Of a stretch of DNA of 64,000 nt, positions 18,850-28,678 are shown in pieces. The DNA comes from Chthonomonadales bacterium (GTDB lineage Bacteria > Armatimonadota > Chthonomonadetes > Chthonomonadales > CAJBBX01): positions 84,795-148,794 of the forward strand of contig JBMFSQ010000006.1 of assembly GCA_049967475.1 (NCBI GenBank), given 5' to 3'. The notes under the pieces are model-generated. The model saw only the letters and a program-made list of their open reading frames with translations, was not told the origin of the DNA and did no database searches. A program made the position numbers and the translations under genes. Position 1 is the first letter of the stretch. The number at the start of each line of letters is the position of its first letter.

Positions 18850-20332
18850 CCAGCGGGTATTGGAACGCAAGGCCGAAGCATCAGCGCAGCGGCAGGGCGC
18901 GCCGGTGGCGGGCGCCGGCGAAAGCCCCGTCCTGGTTCTGACCACGTCTTTGCTTACCGACCGCATCCTCCTGCACACGTCAGCGGTCGGCACGCTGGCG
19001 TCTCACAAACCCGTGCGCGTGTGGGCTTCCTCGGCCGTGTTGAACAACCTTTGGGAAGGCGTGCCTGCCTGCGTGGAACTCTTCCCAAAGGTGCAACCCT
19101 TCCGCGAATTCCCCTTCAATCACCTGCGGCGTGTGAACGAGGCAGCTTGGGATCACCGGCTGAAGCCGGTCAGCAGGATCAGCATGGAGCGCCACTTTGG
19201 CAAGTATCGAAAGTCGCTCTATCTGCGCTTCCTCAAGCTCATGGGGATGGGCGTGGCTTCTGCCAGGCTGGAACCGTGGTTCGAAGCACGTTTGGAACAG
19301 CTTTTGCTGCGGTATCCCCGGAGCCCGGAAGCCGCCTCCAGGTTGGCGTCGGTAAGGCCGCGTGTCGTGGTGAGCACCGGGCCCTATCAGTTCAATGAGC
19401 CTGCCGTTGTGGCGGCGGCCAAGGTGGCAGGGATCCCGGTAGTGGCTTACATTCCCTCATTTGACAATATCACCACGAAAAACCGCTTGGTACTCACTTA
19501 TGACGCTTATATCGTGTGGTCCGAAGACCAGAAGCGCCAGCTCCAATCCTACTACCCTGCTGCGCAGCAGGTTCCGGTGTATGCCGTGGGGGCACCGCAA
19601 TATGATGTGTTCTTCCAGCAACGCTTCATCCAAACGCGGGCTGAGTTTTGCGCGGCGATAGGGCTTCGGAGCGATCGGCCCATCATTCTGTACGCACTCG
19701 GGTCGCCCAATCTGCTAAAAGGGGAAGCGGATGGCGCCCTCGAATTCGCCCGATGGGTGGCTCAAGGCCGTTTTGGCGACGCCCAACTCATTGTTCGACC
19801 ACACCCGCTTTTCGATAACGGAGAACTCGCGCAGCGATTGGCCGGCTTCGGACCTAGGGTGGTGTTGCAGCGCCCGGTTGGGATCGAGGCCGGATGTGTG
19901 CGCTCGCACGATGCCACGGCCATCAGGGAATGGGTGAACAGCTTCCGACACGCCGATGTGGTGGTGAACCTCTCGTCTACGGTTTCCGTGGATGCGGCTC
20001 TGTGGGACCGCCCGGTAGTGAACCTGGACTACGATCCGGCGCCGGGAGGCCCTCAAACGCCGCTCATTCGGGATATCAATCACGTGTGGTGCCATTTCAG
20101 CCCGATAACTGCCTCAAACGCAGTATGGTTGGCGAGTAATCCCGGCGAACTCGTCCAGGCCGTACACACTTATCTGGCCCATCCGGAACTCCACCGGGCA
20201 GAACGCCGCCGGATGGTGGAGCAGGTATGCGGGAAGGTGGATGGCCATGCGGCCGAGCGTTGGGCGCAAGCAATCCTCGACGCTGCCTGCGTGACGCATC
20301 CTCTAGGTTCGGGAGGCCACAGGGGCGCGTGA
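18842..20332 (+). CDS. CDP-glycerol glycerophosphotransferase/sialyltransferase-like GT-B protein (paralog 1)
   Basis: SFDNITTK, VWS, VGAPQYD, VRPHP, SSTVSVDA..DRPVVN. Confidence 0.65.
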   Translation: MPDQRVLERKAEASAQRQGAPVAGAGESPVLVLTTSLLTDRILLHTSAVGTLASHKPVRVWASSAVLNNLWEGVPACVELFPKVQPFREFPFNHLRRVNEAAWDHRLKPVSRISMERHFGKYRKSLYLRFLKLMGMGVASARLEPWFEARLEQLLLRYPRSPEAASRLASVRPRVVVSTGPYQFNEPAVVAAAKVAGIPVVAYIPSFDNITTKNRLVLTYDAYIVWSEDQKRQLQSYYPAAQQVPVYAVGAPQYDVFFQQRFIQTRAEFCAAIGLRSDRPIILYALGSPNLLKGEADGALEFARWVAQGRFGDAQLIVRPHPLFDNGELAQRLAGFGPRVVLQRPVGIEAGCVRSHDATAIREWVNSFRHADVVVNLSSTVSVDAALWDRPVVNLDYDPAPGGPQTPLIRDINHVWCHFSPITASNAVWLASNPGELVQAVHTYLAHPELHRAERRRMVEQVCGKVDGHAAERWAQAILDAACVTHPLGSGGHRGA

Positions 20333-21837
20333 TGATGACGGCCGATCAGAAAAGAAGCAACGGTGGGCTCACGCCCGGAGACACCGACAGCGGTTTGGGA
20401 AGGGCACGTCCCAGGATCGCGGTCATCCTGCCGCGCGGCGAGGCGCTTCGCAATTTTGTGTATACCGGCGCCCTTGACGAGGTTCAGGAACATGCCGAGC
20501 TTACGCTCCTGTCGGTGTTCCCCAGCGATGGGATCCGCACCCTGCTAGAGAACAGGTTCCAAGACGTTCGCGAACTGCACTTCATCTCTGAGCGGTGGCT
20601 GCCGCGCATCCTCCGGGAAATCCTGGATATTGCCCACAATCGCTGGCTCTGGTCCCAGGCTGCCCAGGAGCGGTGGAGGCTTCGGCAATTGGAGGCAGAC
20701 ACGTGGCCCAAGCGCCTTAGGTTGCACTTCAAGAGAATGGCAGCACGTCCTTTCGCGTCGCCGCAGGGATTGGAGATGCTCTCGGGTCTCGAGCGCTTTG
20801 CAAGCCGTGCCTTTCGGACTACCGAGGAATATGTGGAATTGTGGCGAGAGATACGGCCGGCGCTGGTATTCAATGCATCCCATGTGCATGCTCCCATCGC
20901 CACGCAGGCCGTACAGGCAGCGCAATGGCTGGGCATTCCCACGGCTACGTTCATCTTCTCGTGGGACAACCTCACGTCGCAAGGGCGCGTGATCCCTCCC
21001 TACGATTACTATCTCGTATGGAGTAAGCGGATCCGCGAGCAGCTCTTGGCTATCTATAGATCCGTTCAACCGGATCGGGTGCTGGTTACCGGCACGCCTC
21101 AGTTCGATTTGCACTTCCGCCCGGATGTGCTGTGGCCGCGTGCCGACTTTTGCCGTCATGTCGGTGCGGACCCCGAACGGCCCATCCTCCTTTACAGCAC
21201 CGGGATGGCCAACCATATGCCGGGCGAGCCGCAGATTGTTGAAGGCATCGCGGATATCGCTGCCTCGCTGCCTCAGCGGCCGCAGGTAATGGTACGCGTT
21301 TATCCGAAGGACACCACCAGGCGTTTTGAGGAATTGCGCCTCAGGCGGCCGGACATCCTGTTTCCCTCGGTCCCGTGGCTGGAGGCATGGCACACGCCGC
21401 TGCCAGAGGATGGCCCTCTGTTGACCAACATGCTGTATCACTGTGCTTTGGGGATCAACGTGGCCTCAACGGTGTCCCTGGAGCTCTGCATGTTCGACAA
21501 GCCCGTCATAAACGTGGCCTATAATCCGCCGGGAGTTCCCAGGGAGGAATTGGATTACGCGCTTTATTACGAGTTTGATCATTACAAACCGGTGGCTCAA
21601 AGCGGGGCCGTGATGTTGGCTCATTCTCCTGATGAGATGCGCCGCCTGGTGCAGCATGCTCTGGAGGAACCCAAGGAGGGCTCCGATGCGCGCAGGAAGC
21701 TGTTGGATGCGATGTTCGGCAACTCCCTCGATGGGCGCTCCAGTTCGCGCATCGCACAAAGCCTTCTAAGGCTCGCAGGGGGCAGCGCCCTGTGCCTCCA
21801 GCCGCCGGTGCCGCGCGAGGCGTGCCTTGAGGGCTAA
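20332..21837 (+). CDS. CDP-glycerol glycerophosphotransferase/sialyltransferase-like GT-B protein (paralog 2)
   Basis: SWDNLTS, VWS, TGTPQFD, VRVYP, ASTVSLE..DKPVIN; clearly paralogous to the previous ORF. Confidence 0.65.
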   Translation: MMTADQKRSNGGLTPGDTDSGLGRARPRIAVILPRGEALRNFVYTGALDEVQEHAELTLLSVFPSDGIRTLLENRFQDVRELHFISERWLPRILREILDIAHNRWLWSQAAQERWRLRQLEADTWPKRLRLHFKRMAARPFASPQGLEMLSGLERFASRAFRTTEEYVELWREIRPALVFNASHVHAPIATQAVQAAQWLGIPTATFIFSWDNLTSQGRVIPPYDYYLVWSKRIREQLLAIYRSVQPDRVLVTGTPQFDLHFRPDVLWPRADFCRHVGADPERPILLYSTGMANHMPGEPQIVEGIADIAASLPQRPQVMVRVYPKDTTRRFEELRLRRPDILFPSVPWLEAWHTPLPEDGPLLTNMLYHCALGINVASTVSLELCMFDKPVINVAYNPPGVPREELDYALYYEFDHYKPVAQSGAVMLAHSPDEMRRLVQHALEEPKEGSDARRKLLDAMFGNSLDGRSSSRIAQSLLRLAGGSALCLQPPVPREACLEG

Positions 21838-22591
21838 ACGTCTGCTGCGGCGAGCACTCTACCGGATGCTCCAAGGGACCCATGTGCTTCCAAGCGTATG
21901 GATGCTGGGCAATCCGTTCAAGATCTGGGAATACCAGGCGGTGATGGCGGGAGTGTCCCTAGAGCCCTACCATGAGGTCCTCGATCTAGGCTGCGGGCGA
22001 GGATTTCAGACACAAGTATTGGCCCGAAAATGCCGCCGTGTGGTGGGGCTGGATATAAGTCCGGCGCAGATCGCGGGCGCTCGCGAATTCTTGCGGGGAA
22101 GCCCTGTGGAGCGCCGGGTGGAATTCGTCTGCAGCCGCCTCGAAGACGCCGGCTTCCCTGATGCGCGCTTCGATCGCATCCTAAGCTTTTGTGTGTTGGA
22201 GCACATCCCGAACCTGAACGTGGTGCTGGCCGAAATTGCCCGCATCCTCAAGCCGAGAGGCGAGTTGCACGTTTCGGTGGATGCCCTCGCTACCATCCGA
22301 GACCCGCTTCTCATCGAGAAGCACCGGGCCGAGCACCACGTGGTGCAATACTTCACGCCCCATTCGCTGGAACAGCAGCTTCGAGGCGCAGGGCTGGACG
22401 TTATGGAAATCGCCCCTCTTTTGACGGGGGAATTTGCCCGCCGCCAGTTTGAGAAGCGCATCCTGGCCGGCCGCTACGGCTGCCCGATGCACAGGAAGGT
22501 GGGCTTTGTGCATAGGCTGGCCGTAGAGGATCAAAAGAGGTGCGAAGGGGACGGCATCATGTTGATTGGGCGTGCTCGCCGCCCAACATAA
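21827..22591 (+). CDS. Class I SAM-dependent methyltransferase
   Basis: VLDLGCGRG, GLDIS, FD..LSFCVLEHI, RILKP.G. Confidence 0.88.
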   Translation: MRAKRLLRRALYRMLQGTHVLPSVWMLGNPFKIWEYQAVMAGVSLEPYHEVLDLGCGRGFQTQVLARKCRRVVGLDISPAQIAGAREFLRGSPVERRVEFVCSRLEDAGFPDARFDRILSFCVLEHIPNLNVVLAEIARILKPRGELHVSVDALATIRDPLLIEKHRAEHHVVQYFTPHSLEQQLRGAGLDVMEIAPLLTGEFARRQFEKRILAGRYGCPMHRKVGFVHRLAVEDQKRCEGDGIMLIGRARRPT

Positions 22592-22604
22592 GGAGCCGGG
22601 CGCC

Positions 22605-23849
22605 GTGAAGCCCAAACTGGTGGTGGTGTCCCACGTTCTGCCGTTCCCTAGAAATGCAGGGCAGAACCAGCGCGTTCACTATACACTCCTCGCCGCGCGG
22701 CAGGTATTCCACGTCACCTTCCTTACGGCGTCACCGGCGGACCAACAAGAGGCCGTACGGCAACGCCTCCTGGAACTCTGCGATGATGCCATCGTTCTGC
22801 CGTCGCGGTACCATACCGGCCCGTTCAGGCGCCTTTGGCACAGGACCGCGGGAAGCGGCTTCGCGATGCTTCGGGGCCTCAAGCTCTCCAATTACGTAGT
22901 AGGCGTTCTCGAGTTTGGGCCGCGGCGCATCGAAGCCGCCCTCGATGGGCATTCTTTCGACGTGGCGTTGTTCGAGTACTGGCACGCCTGCGATGCAACG
23001 AGCCCGTTCCGCAAACGGGGCATTCCCACCGTGCTGGACATGCACGACATCCTGTGGCGCTCCTATGACCGGCAATGGGCAGGGAGAAAGATCGCGCCTG
23101 CAGGGCTGAAGAAGCGCTTTGTGAGCTCCTACCGCGCCCAAGAGGAGAGCGCGTGGCGCCGCTTCGATGCCCTGGTTGCCATCAACCGCGAGGAGTTGGA
23201 ATATGTTCGCGAGCGCGTCGGCGGAAACGCGCGGCTCTTCTTTGCTCCTATGGGCACCGATCTGGATCGGTGGCCTTACGGGCCTCGGCCTGCTTACCCG
23301 CTGCGCGTAGCGTACTATGGCGGGCTCGCCAGCGCCCGCAATAGGGAAGGGGCGCTCCAATGCGCCAACTCCATTATGCCGCTCATTTGGACGCGCCATC
23401 CCGAAGCAGAGTTTTGGATCGTTGGGAGCAATCCTCCGCCTTCGTTGAAGGCTCTGGAGGCGGATCCCCGCGTCAAGGTGACGGGCACGCTGGAAGACCC
23501 GGCGGAAGTCCTTCGGACCATGGCGTGCGTCTTGTGCCCGTGGGAAGGTGCGTTTGGGTTTCGGAGCAGGCTGATCGAGGTGATGTCCTTGGGTGTACCC
23601 GTGGTTGCTTCGCCTGATGCGGCCGCCGGAATGGATCTGGAAGCCGGGCAAGGCATCGCCTATGGGGTCACGCCTCAAGATCTGGCGGCGGAAGCCCTCC
23701 GATTGATGGAGGATGCCTCCTTTCGTGAGGCCCAGGGCAGGGCGGCGCGTGCCCAGGTGGAGCGCAAGTACAGCCTCCAGAATACCTACGCTCGCCTGAT
23801 GCTGGATTTGCAGGAATGGCTCGCGTCGCGGAAGGAAAGCAGAGCGTGA
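22605..23849 (+). CDS. Glycosyltransferase family 4
   Basis: DMHD, YYGGL...N, IVGS.PP, 'RSRLIEVMSLGVPVV'; AGGAG upstream of GTG. Confidence 0.85.
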   Translation: MKPKLVVVSHVLPFPRNAGQNQRVHYTLLAARQVFHVTFLTASPADQQEAVRQRLLELCDDAIVLPSRYHTGPFRRLWHRTAGSGFAMLRGLKLSNYVVGVLEFGPRRIEAALDGHSFDVALFEYWHACDATSPFRKRGIPTVLDMHDILWRSYDRQWAGRKIAPAGLKKRFVSSYRAQEESAWRRFDALVAINREELEYVRERVGGNARLFFAPMGTDLDRWPYGPRPAYPLRVAYYGGLASARNREGALQCANSIMPLIWTRHPEAEFWIVGSNPPPSLKALEADPRVKVTGTLEDPAEVLRTMACVLCPWEGAFGFRSRLIEVMSLGVPVVASPDAAAGMDLEAGQGIAYGVTPQDLAAEALRLMEDASFREAQGRAARAQVERKYSLQNTYARLMLDLQEWLASRKESRA

Positions 23850-25030
23850 AGCTTGTGGTCGTTTCCCACAAGGTATGTCGTCGGGACGCGGCATCGAGCA
23901 CGGGCTACTGTACGGACGGAGGTTTTCCGCTCCAAATGGAAGCCCTTTCCCAACTGTTCGACGCAACGACGCTGGTGGTTCCTTGTGAGGACCGGCCTGC
24001 GTGTCCTGGAGATAGTGCCCTAACCGGTAGGTGCATGCGGGTGGTCCCTTTGAGAGTGCCGTATGGCAGAGGGCTGGCGCGCAAACTCCTGCTGCCCATG
24101 TGGGCCTTGCGCAATGCCCCTACGCTTTTGCGAGAGGTCCGTGCTGCCGACGCAGTGCACGCGGCAGTCCCGGGAGACGTGGGTACGGTGGGCTTTGTTT
24201 TGGCGCTGATTTTGCGGAAGCGGCTCTTTGTGCGGCATTGCGGGAACTGGTTGGTGCAGAAAACGGCAGCCGAGCGAATGTGGAGATGGGCGATGGAGCG
24301 CTGCGCCGGCGGCAGAAACGTAATGTTGGCCACCGGCGGAGGTAAGGAAAGCCCGTCTCCAAAGAACAGGCACGTGCAATGGATTTTCTCCACATCGCTC
24401 TGGCGGAAGCAAATGGAGGAGTGTGGGGTCGGTGAACGCCAGCCGCCTCCCCCAGGATGCGCCGATCTGGTCATAGCGTGCCGTCAGGATGAGGAAAAGG
24501 GGACGGGTGTGGTGCTCCGTGCGATGGTGGAGATTCTGCGCCGGCGCCCTGCGGCCGTTCTGCATGTGGTGGGCGACGGTCCATCGCTGCAGCATTTTAG
24601 GAACTTGGCCGGGGAATTGGGTGTCCATGAACACGTTCGTTTCCATGGGCGGTTGAAGCAGCCGCAAGTGCTTTCCGTGCTTAAGGAGTGTGATCTCTTC
24701 TGCTTTCCCACCGCTGCATCCGAGGGTTTCCCTAAAGTAGTCCTGGAGGCTTTGGCATGCGGATTGCCGGTCATTGCAACGCCGGTGTCTGTGCTTCCCC
24801 ATCTTCTCGAGGCAGGGTGCGGGGTAGTGCTCAAGGAGCGGAGCGCCTGTGCGGTGGCGGAAGCGGTATTGGGCCTTCTGGATGATGGGGATGCCTACCG
24901 GAACGCATGTGTCGCCGCTGCTGCCGTAGCACGCAGATATACTCTAGAGGCATGGCGCGACGCCATCGGCAGCCGTCTGCGGGCAGCTTGGGGGCCCCTT
25001 TCGGACGGGGATGGACCTTTCGACGCTTAA
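23846..25030 (+). CDS. Glycosyltransferase family 4
   Basis: VVGDGP, 'SEGFPKVVLEALACGLPVI' (EX7E). Confidence 0.88.
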   Translation: MKLVVVSHKVCRRDAASSTGYCTDGGFPLQMEALSQLFDATTLVVPCEDRPACPGDSALTGRCMRVVPLRVPYGRGLARKLLLPMWALRNAPTLLREVRAADAVHAAVPGDVGTVGFVLALILRKRLFVRHCGNWLVQKTAAERMWRWAMERCAGGRNVMLATGGGKESPSPKNRHVQWIFSTSLWRKQMEECGVGERQPPPPGCADLVIACRQDEEKGTGVVLRAMVEILRRRPAAVLHVVGDGPSLQHFRNLAGELGVHEHVRFHGRLKQPQVLSVLKECDLFCFPTAASEGFPKVVLEALACGLPVIATPVSVLPHLLEAGCGVVLKERSACAVAEAVLGLLDDGDAYRNACVAAAAVARRYTLEAWRDAIGSRLRAAWGPLSDGDGPFDA

Positions 25031-26099
25031 AATCTGCTTCATCGCCGGTACGCTTGGCCGCGGTGGAGCGGAACGCCAACTCTACTACATCCTAAGATGC
25101 TTGGTGCAGCAGGGAGCCCGTCCCCATTTGTTCTCGCTTACGCGTGGAGAATTCTGGGAGGAGCACATCCGGGCGCTCGGCGTCCCGGTGGAATGGGTGG
25201 GGCGAAGGGCTTCCCGCCTTGCTCGTGCCGCCGCAATCGCCCGCCACGCGGCAGCGCTGAAGCCCAATGTGATCCAGAGCCAGCATTTCCATACGAACCT
25301 CTACGCGACGGTGGCCGCCCGCATCAACGGCCTCAAGGAGATCGGCGCCCTGCGCAGCAATGCCCGGAGCGAGGTTCGAGCGAACGGACCCCTGTTTGGG
25401 GCCCTCAGCCTGCGGGGCCCGCGCCATCTGGCGGCGAATTCGCTGGAGGCAATCCGCAATGCCCAGGCACTCGGCGTGCCTTCCAACCGCCTCCATCTCC
25501 TGCCCAATGTGGTGGATGTTGACGAATTCTGCCCGCCGATGGAGCGCCCACCGCGGCCCTTCACCATCCTCGGGGTAGGAAGAATGGGGCCCGAGAAGCG
25601 CTTTGATCGCTTCGTAAAGGTCGTAGCGCGCGCCCGCTTGGAAACTTCCGGACGCGTGCGAGGCGTGCTCGTGGGCGCAGGACCCGAACAGATGCGCCTC
25701 GAAAGGCTGTGCCAGGAATACCACCTGACGCCCGACGGACTTGTGTTCGCCGGTCCGGAAAACTGCATGGTTCGGCGCTACCATCAGGCCGACATCCTGT
25801 TGTTGACTTCAGATTATGAGGGGACACCCAACGTGGTTCTCGAGGCGATGGCCTGTGGAATGCCGGTGATCGCTGCGGGGGTGGGCGGTGTGCGTGACAT
25901 CGTCCACGATGGCGACACAGGCGTGCTTTTGGATCCAGACGATGTGTCGGGCATGGTAGACTGGGTGGTGAGGCTGGCTGCGGATGAAGAGCTGTGCCGT
26001 GCGATGGGCAAGCGGGCGCGGGTCGCCGTGCTCCAACACTATTCACCAAAGGCGATGCCGGGGCACCTGAGCAGACTATACGAGGCTGTTTTGGGATGA
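25011..26099 (+). CDS. Glycosyltransferase family 4
   Basis: GGAERQ, 'EGTPNVVLEAMACGMPVI' (EX7E). Confidence 0.9.
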   Translation: MDLSTLKICFIAGTLGRGGAERQLYYILRCLVQQGARPHLFSLTRGEFWEEHIRALGVPVEWVGRRASRLARAAAIARHAAALKPNVIQSQHFHTNLYATVAARINGLKEIGALRSNARSEVRANGPLFGALSLRGPRHLAANSLEAIRNAQALGVPSNRLHLLPNVVDVDEFCPPMERPPRPFTILGVGRMGPEKRFDRFVKVVARARLETSGRVRGVLVGAGPEQMRLERLCQEYHLTPDGLVFAGPENCMVRRYHQADILLLTSDYEGTPNVVLEAMACGMPVIAAGVGGVRDIVHDGDTGVLLDPDDVSGMVDWVVRLAADEELCRAMGKRARVAVLQHYSPKAMPGHLSRLYEAVLG

Positions 26100-27589
26100 G
26101 CAAGAGTTATCCAAGCGTGGTTCTGGATTATGGCGCCCGCATCGAGGCGGCCAAGACGCGTGTGCGGCGGCACAGGATGCTGCCCTACATTACGCTCATC
26201 GCCATATCCTACTGGTATTGCCTGCCGGTAGTGACACAGAGCCTGTTCAGCTACAACGAGTTTCGGGCCTATGACTTTCTGCTGCTGGGGCTCATCGGCA
26301 CTATGCTCTTCCGATACCGGGTGGGCCTGCAGAGCTTCCTCGCGAAGGACCGGCCGGGGCGTTGGCTCTTTCGCCTGGCTTCATGGGCTACGCTCTCCAG
26401 CCTCATGACGGTGATTACGGCGTTATGGATGGATAACGTCAAGTGGATCGGCGTAACCGCCGTATTCCTGTTTCATTTATGGGGTTTCATCTTTGCGTAC
26501 GCGGCATTCCGCATGTTCGTCCGATCCAGGAGCCAGGCTCTTCGGCTGTTGGACCTGTTCCTGGTGCTGGGAGGTCTCGAGGCGCTCCTCGTATGCCTCC
26601 AAGGAGTGGGCATCGTGGGCCGCCTTTGGGGCGAGCGCTACGACGTGTACGGTACCATGGCCTATTCGGGGACGCTGGGGCCCAACCGCACCCTCCCGGG
26701 GCATGCATTCATTCTGATCCTAGCCGTGGCCTTGGGCTACTGGCGCAACAGCGCCGCCGTGGGGCCCGTAAGGTTGGCTCTGGCAGCAGTGTCCGGCATA
26801 CTGGCGGTACTGGGCATCGGTCTCGCGGGATCGAGAACAGCATGGGTGGTCGCCATCGTCTTCGGATTGGGGGTGCTCTTCGCAGGGCGTTTGCGCATCG
26901 GTGTATTGGTGTTCATTGCGGTAGTCGCCATGGGCATTCTAGCCGTTACGCCCACGCGCATAGATGAAAGCATCTCGGAAATGTATGACTACCGCCTCAC
27001 AGTAAAGCTCGAACGGGCTGAGGACGGCGACCTGAAGGAGCGTTTCACCAGTGTTGATGCCGGGCGCCTCAAATTGTGGACCCAAGGCATCGCGGCCCTC
27101 GGCGAACATGCCTATGTGATCCCTTTCGGATGCGGCTTCAATAACTACCGTTATGCGATGCACGCAGGGGTGTCGGCGCACAACGCGTACATTACCGTCA
27201 CAGCGGAGCTTGGAGTGGTGGGCCTATTCCTTTACATCATGTGGCTTAAGGCTATCGTGGGGGAGACAGGCAGGCGCATCCGCCAGGCAACGCTGGCCGG
27301 TCAGAAGCATCGTCGCGTCTTTGTGCCGTCGGAGATGCGGGCTTTGGTACTCGCCATGCTGGTGAGTTTGACTGCCGGCGAGATCCTCTATCCTTACCGG
27401 CCCACCTTCAGCTTTCTGGGCATGTTCCTTATGATCTCGGCTTTGCTGAACCACAAGGTTCTGCGCGGCCCGGGCGAAGTTCCCGAAGACATTGCCGAGG
27501 CGTCCCCTACGGCGCCCAATTCCCATTCCATCTGGGCACGTAAAGCAACAACCACTCCCAGCCAACCTTCGCGGCGCCCCCAGGTTTGA
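26096..27589 (+). CDS. O-antigen ligase / Wzy polymerase family membrane protein
   Basis: Many TM segments; GTLGPN, GSRTAW, GRL.LW, PFGCG, 'AHNAYITV.AELGVVG'. Confidence 0.82.
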   Translation: MSKSYPSVVLDYGARIEAAKTRVRRHRMLPYITLIAISYWYCLPVVTQSLFSYNEFRAYDFLLLGLIGTMLFRYRVGLQSFLAKDRPGRWLFRLASWATLSSLMTVITALWMDNVKWIGVTAVFLFHLWGFIFAYAAFRMFVRSRSQALRLLDLFLVLGGLEALLVCLQGVGIVGRLWGERYDVYGTMAYSGTLGPNRTLPGHAFILILAVALGYWRNSAAVGPVRLALAAVSGILAVLGIGLAGSRTAWVVAIVFGLGVLFAGRLRIGVLVFIAVVAMGILAVTPTRIDESISEMYDYRLTVKLERAEDGDLKERFTSVDAGRLKLWTQGIAALGEHAYVIPFGCGFNNYRYAMHAGVSAHNAYITVTAELGVVGLFLYIMWLKAIVGETGRRIRQATLAGQKHRRVFVPSEMRALVLAMLVSLTAGEILYPYRPTFSFLGMFLMISALLNHKVLRGPGEVPEDIAEASPTAPNSHSIWARKATTTPSQPSRRPQV

Positions 27590-28678
27590 GTGGGACCGCA
27601 GCATTCGGGTAGCTCCTTTCCTGTCACAGCCATGGCCATTGATACCATTCGCATGGTCCAAGAGGGCGGATGGCGCATCGCCCTCGTGATCCCGGCGTAT
27701 CGCGTGGAGCGGCACATCGCCGACGTGTTGCGTTCGGTGCCCCCCTGGGTTCGCCACGTGATCGTGGTGGATGATGCGTCGCCGGACGGCACCCTGGGTG
27801 AGGTGCAGCGGGTTGCAGCGTCCGATGACCGCATTACGATCTTGAGGCATGAAAGGAACCAGGGAGTGGGCGGCGCAATGGTTACCGGGCTTCAAAAGGC
27901 GCTGGAGCTGGGTGTCCATATCGCCGTGAAGGTAGATGGCGACGGCCAGATGGATATGGAAGATCTGCCGAGGCTTCTCGCTCCGCTCATCACGGGCCGC
28001 GCCGATTACGCCAAGGGGAACCGCTTTCGCGACTTCAAGGCTCTTCGGAGGATGCCGCCCATCCGCAGAATGGGGAATATGGCTCTGAGCTTTTTGGCCA
28101 AGGCCGCCACCGGGTACTGGACGTGCTTCGACCCGACGAACGGCTTCGTGGCGATCCGGTCGGAGGTATTGGCCCAGGTTCCATCGGAGAAGATCCACCG
28201 ATCCTATTTCTTCGAGATCTCCATGCTGGCGCAGCTTTACCTGTTGGGCGCTGTAGTGAAGGACGTGCCCATGCCGGCGCGCTATGGTGCGGAAGTGTCC
28301 AGCCTTTCGATCCGGCGGGTTTTGTTTGAGTTTCCGCCACGGTTGGTTGCCGCGTTCGTGCGCCGCATCCTTCTGCGCCACTTCGTTTACGACTTCAACA
28401 TGGCTTCCTTGTACTTGCTGATCGGCGTCCCCATGTGTCTGGTGGGCGCCCTCTTCGGAGGGTACGAATGGTGGAACTATGCCCATGCGGGGATCCGAGC
28501 GCCGACGGGCACGGTGATGATCCCGACATTGCTTGTAATCCTGGGTTTTCAGCTTCTGTTAAGCGCCGCCGCGTTCGACCTGCAGTCCGTTCCCTCGGAC
28601 CCTCTCTGCGCCGGAATGATGCCTAGTGCTCAGGGCGCACAGGACGGAACCCTCCAACGACACGCTTCCTCCATTTGA
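27590..28678 (+). CDS. Glycosyltransferase family 2 (polyprenol-phosphate sugar synthase-like) with C-terminal TM helices
   Basis: VIPAY, VVDDASPD, NQGVG, VDGDGQ, KGNRF, DPTNGF; two C-terminal TM segments; start uncertain. Confidence 0.88.
   Translation: MGPQHSGSSFPVTAMAIDTIRMVQEGGWRIALVIPAYRVERHIADVLRSVPPWVRHVIVVDDASPDGTLGEVQRVAASDDRITILRHERNQGVGGAMVTGLQKALELGVHIAVKVDGDGQMDMEDLPRLLAPLITGRADYAKGNRFRDFKALRRMPPIRRMGNMALSFLAKAATGYWTCFDPTNGFVAIRSEVLAQVPSEKIHRSYFFEISMLAQLYLLGAVVKDVPMPARYGAEVSSLSIRRVLFEFPPRLVAAFVRRILLRHFVYDFNMASLYLLIGVPMCLVGALFGGYEWWNYAHAGIRAPTGTVMIPTLLVILGFQLLLSAAAFDLQSVPSDPLCAGMMPSAQGAQDGTLQRHASSI

Noticed and set aside
27224..28486. 420-aa minus-strand ORF (also 22731-23966, 1650-2636, 33772-34698 and similar)
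   Set aside because: Antisense shadows of well-supported plus-strand genes; no recognisable motifs.
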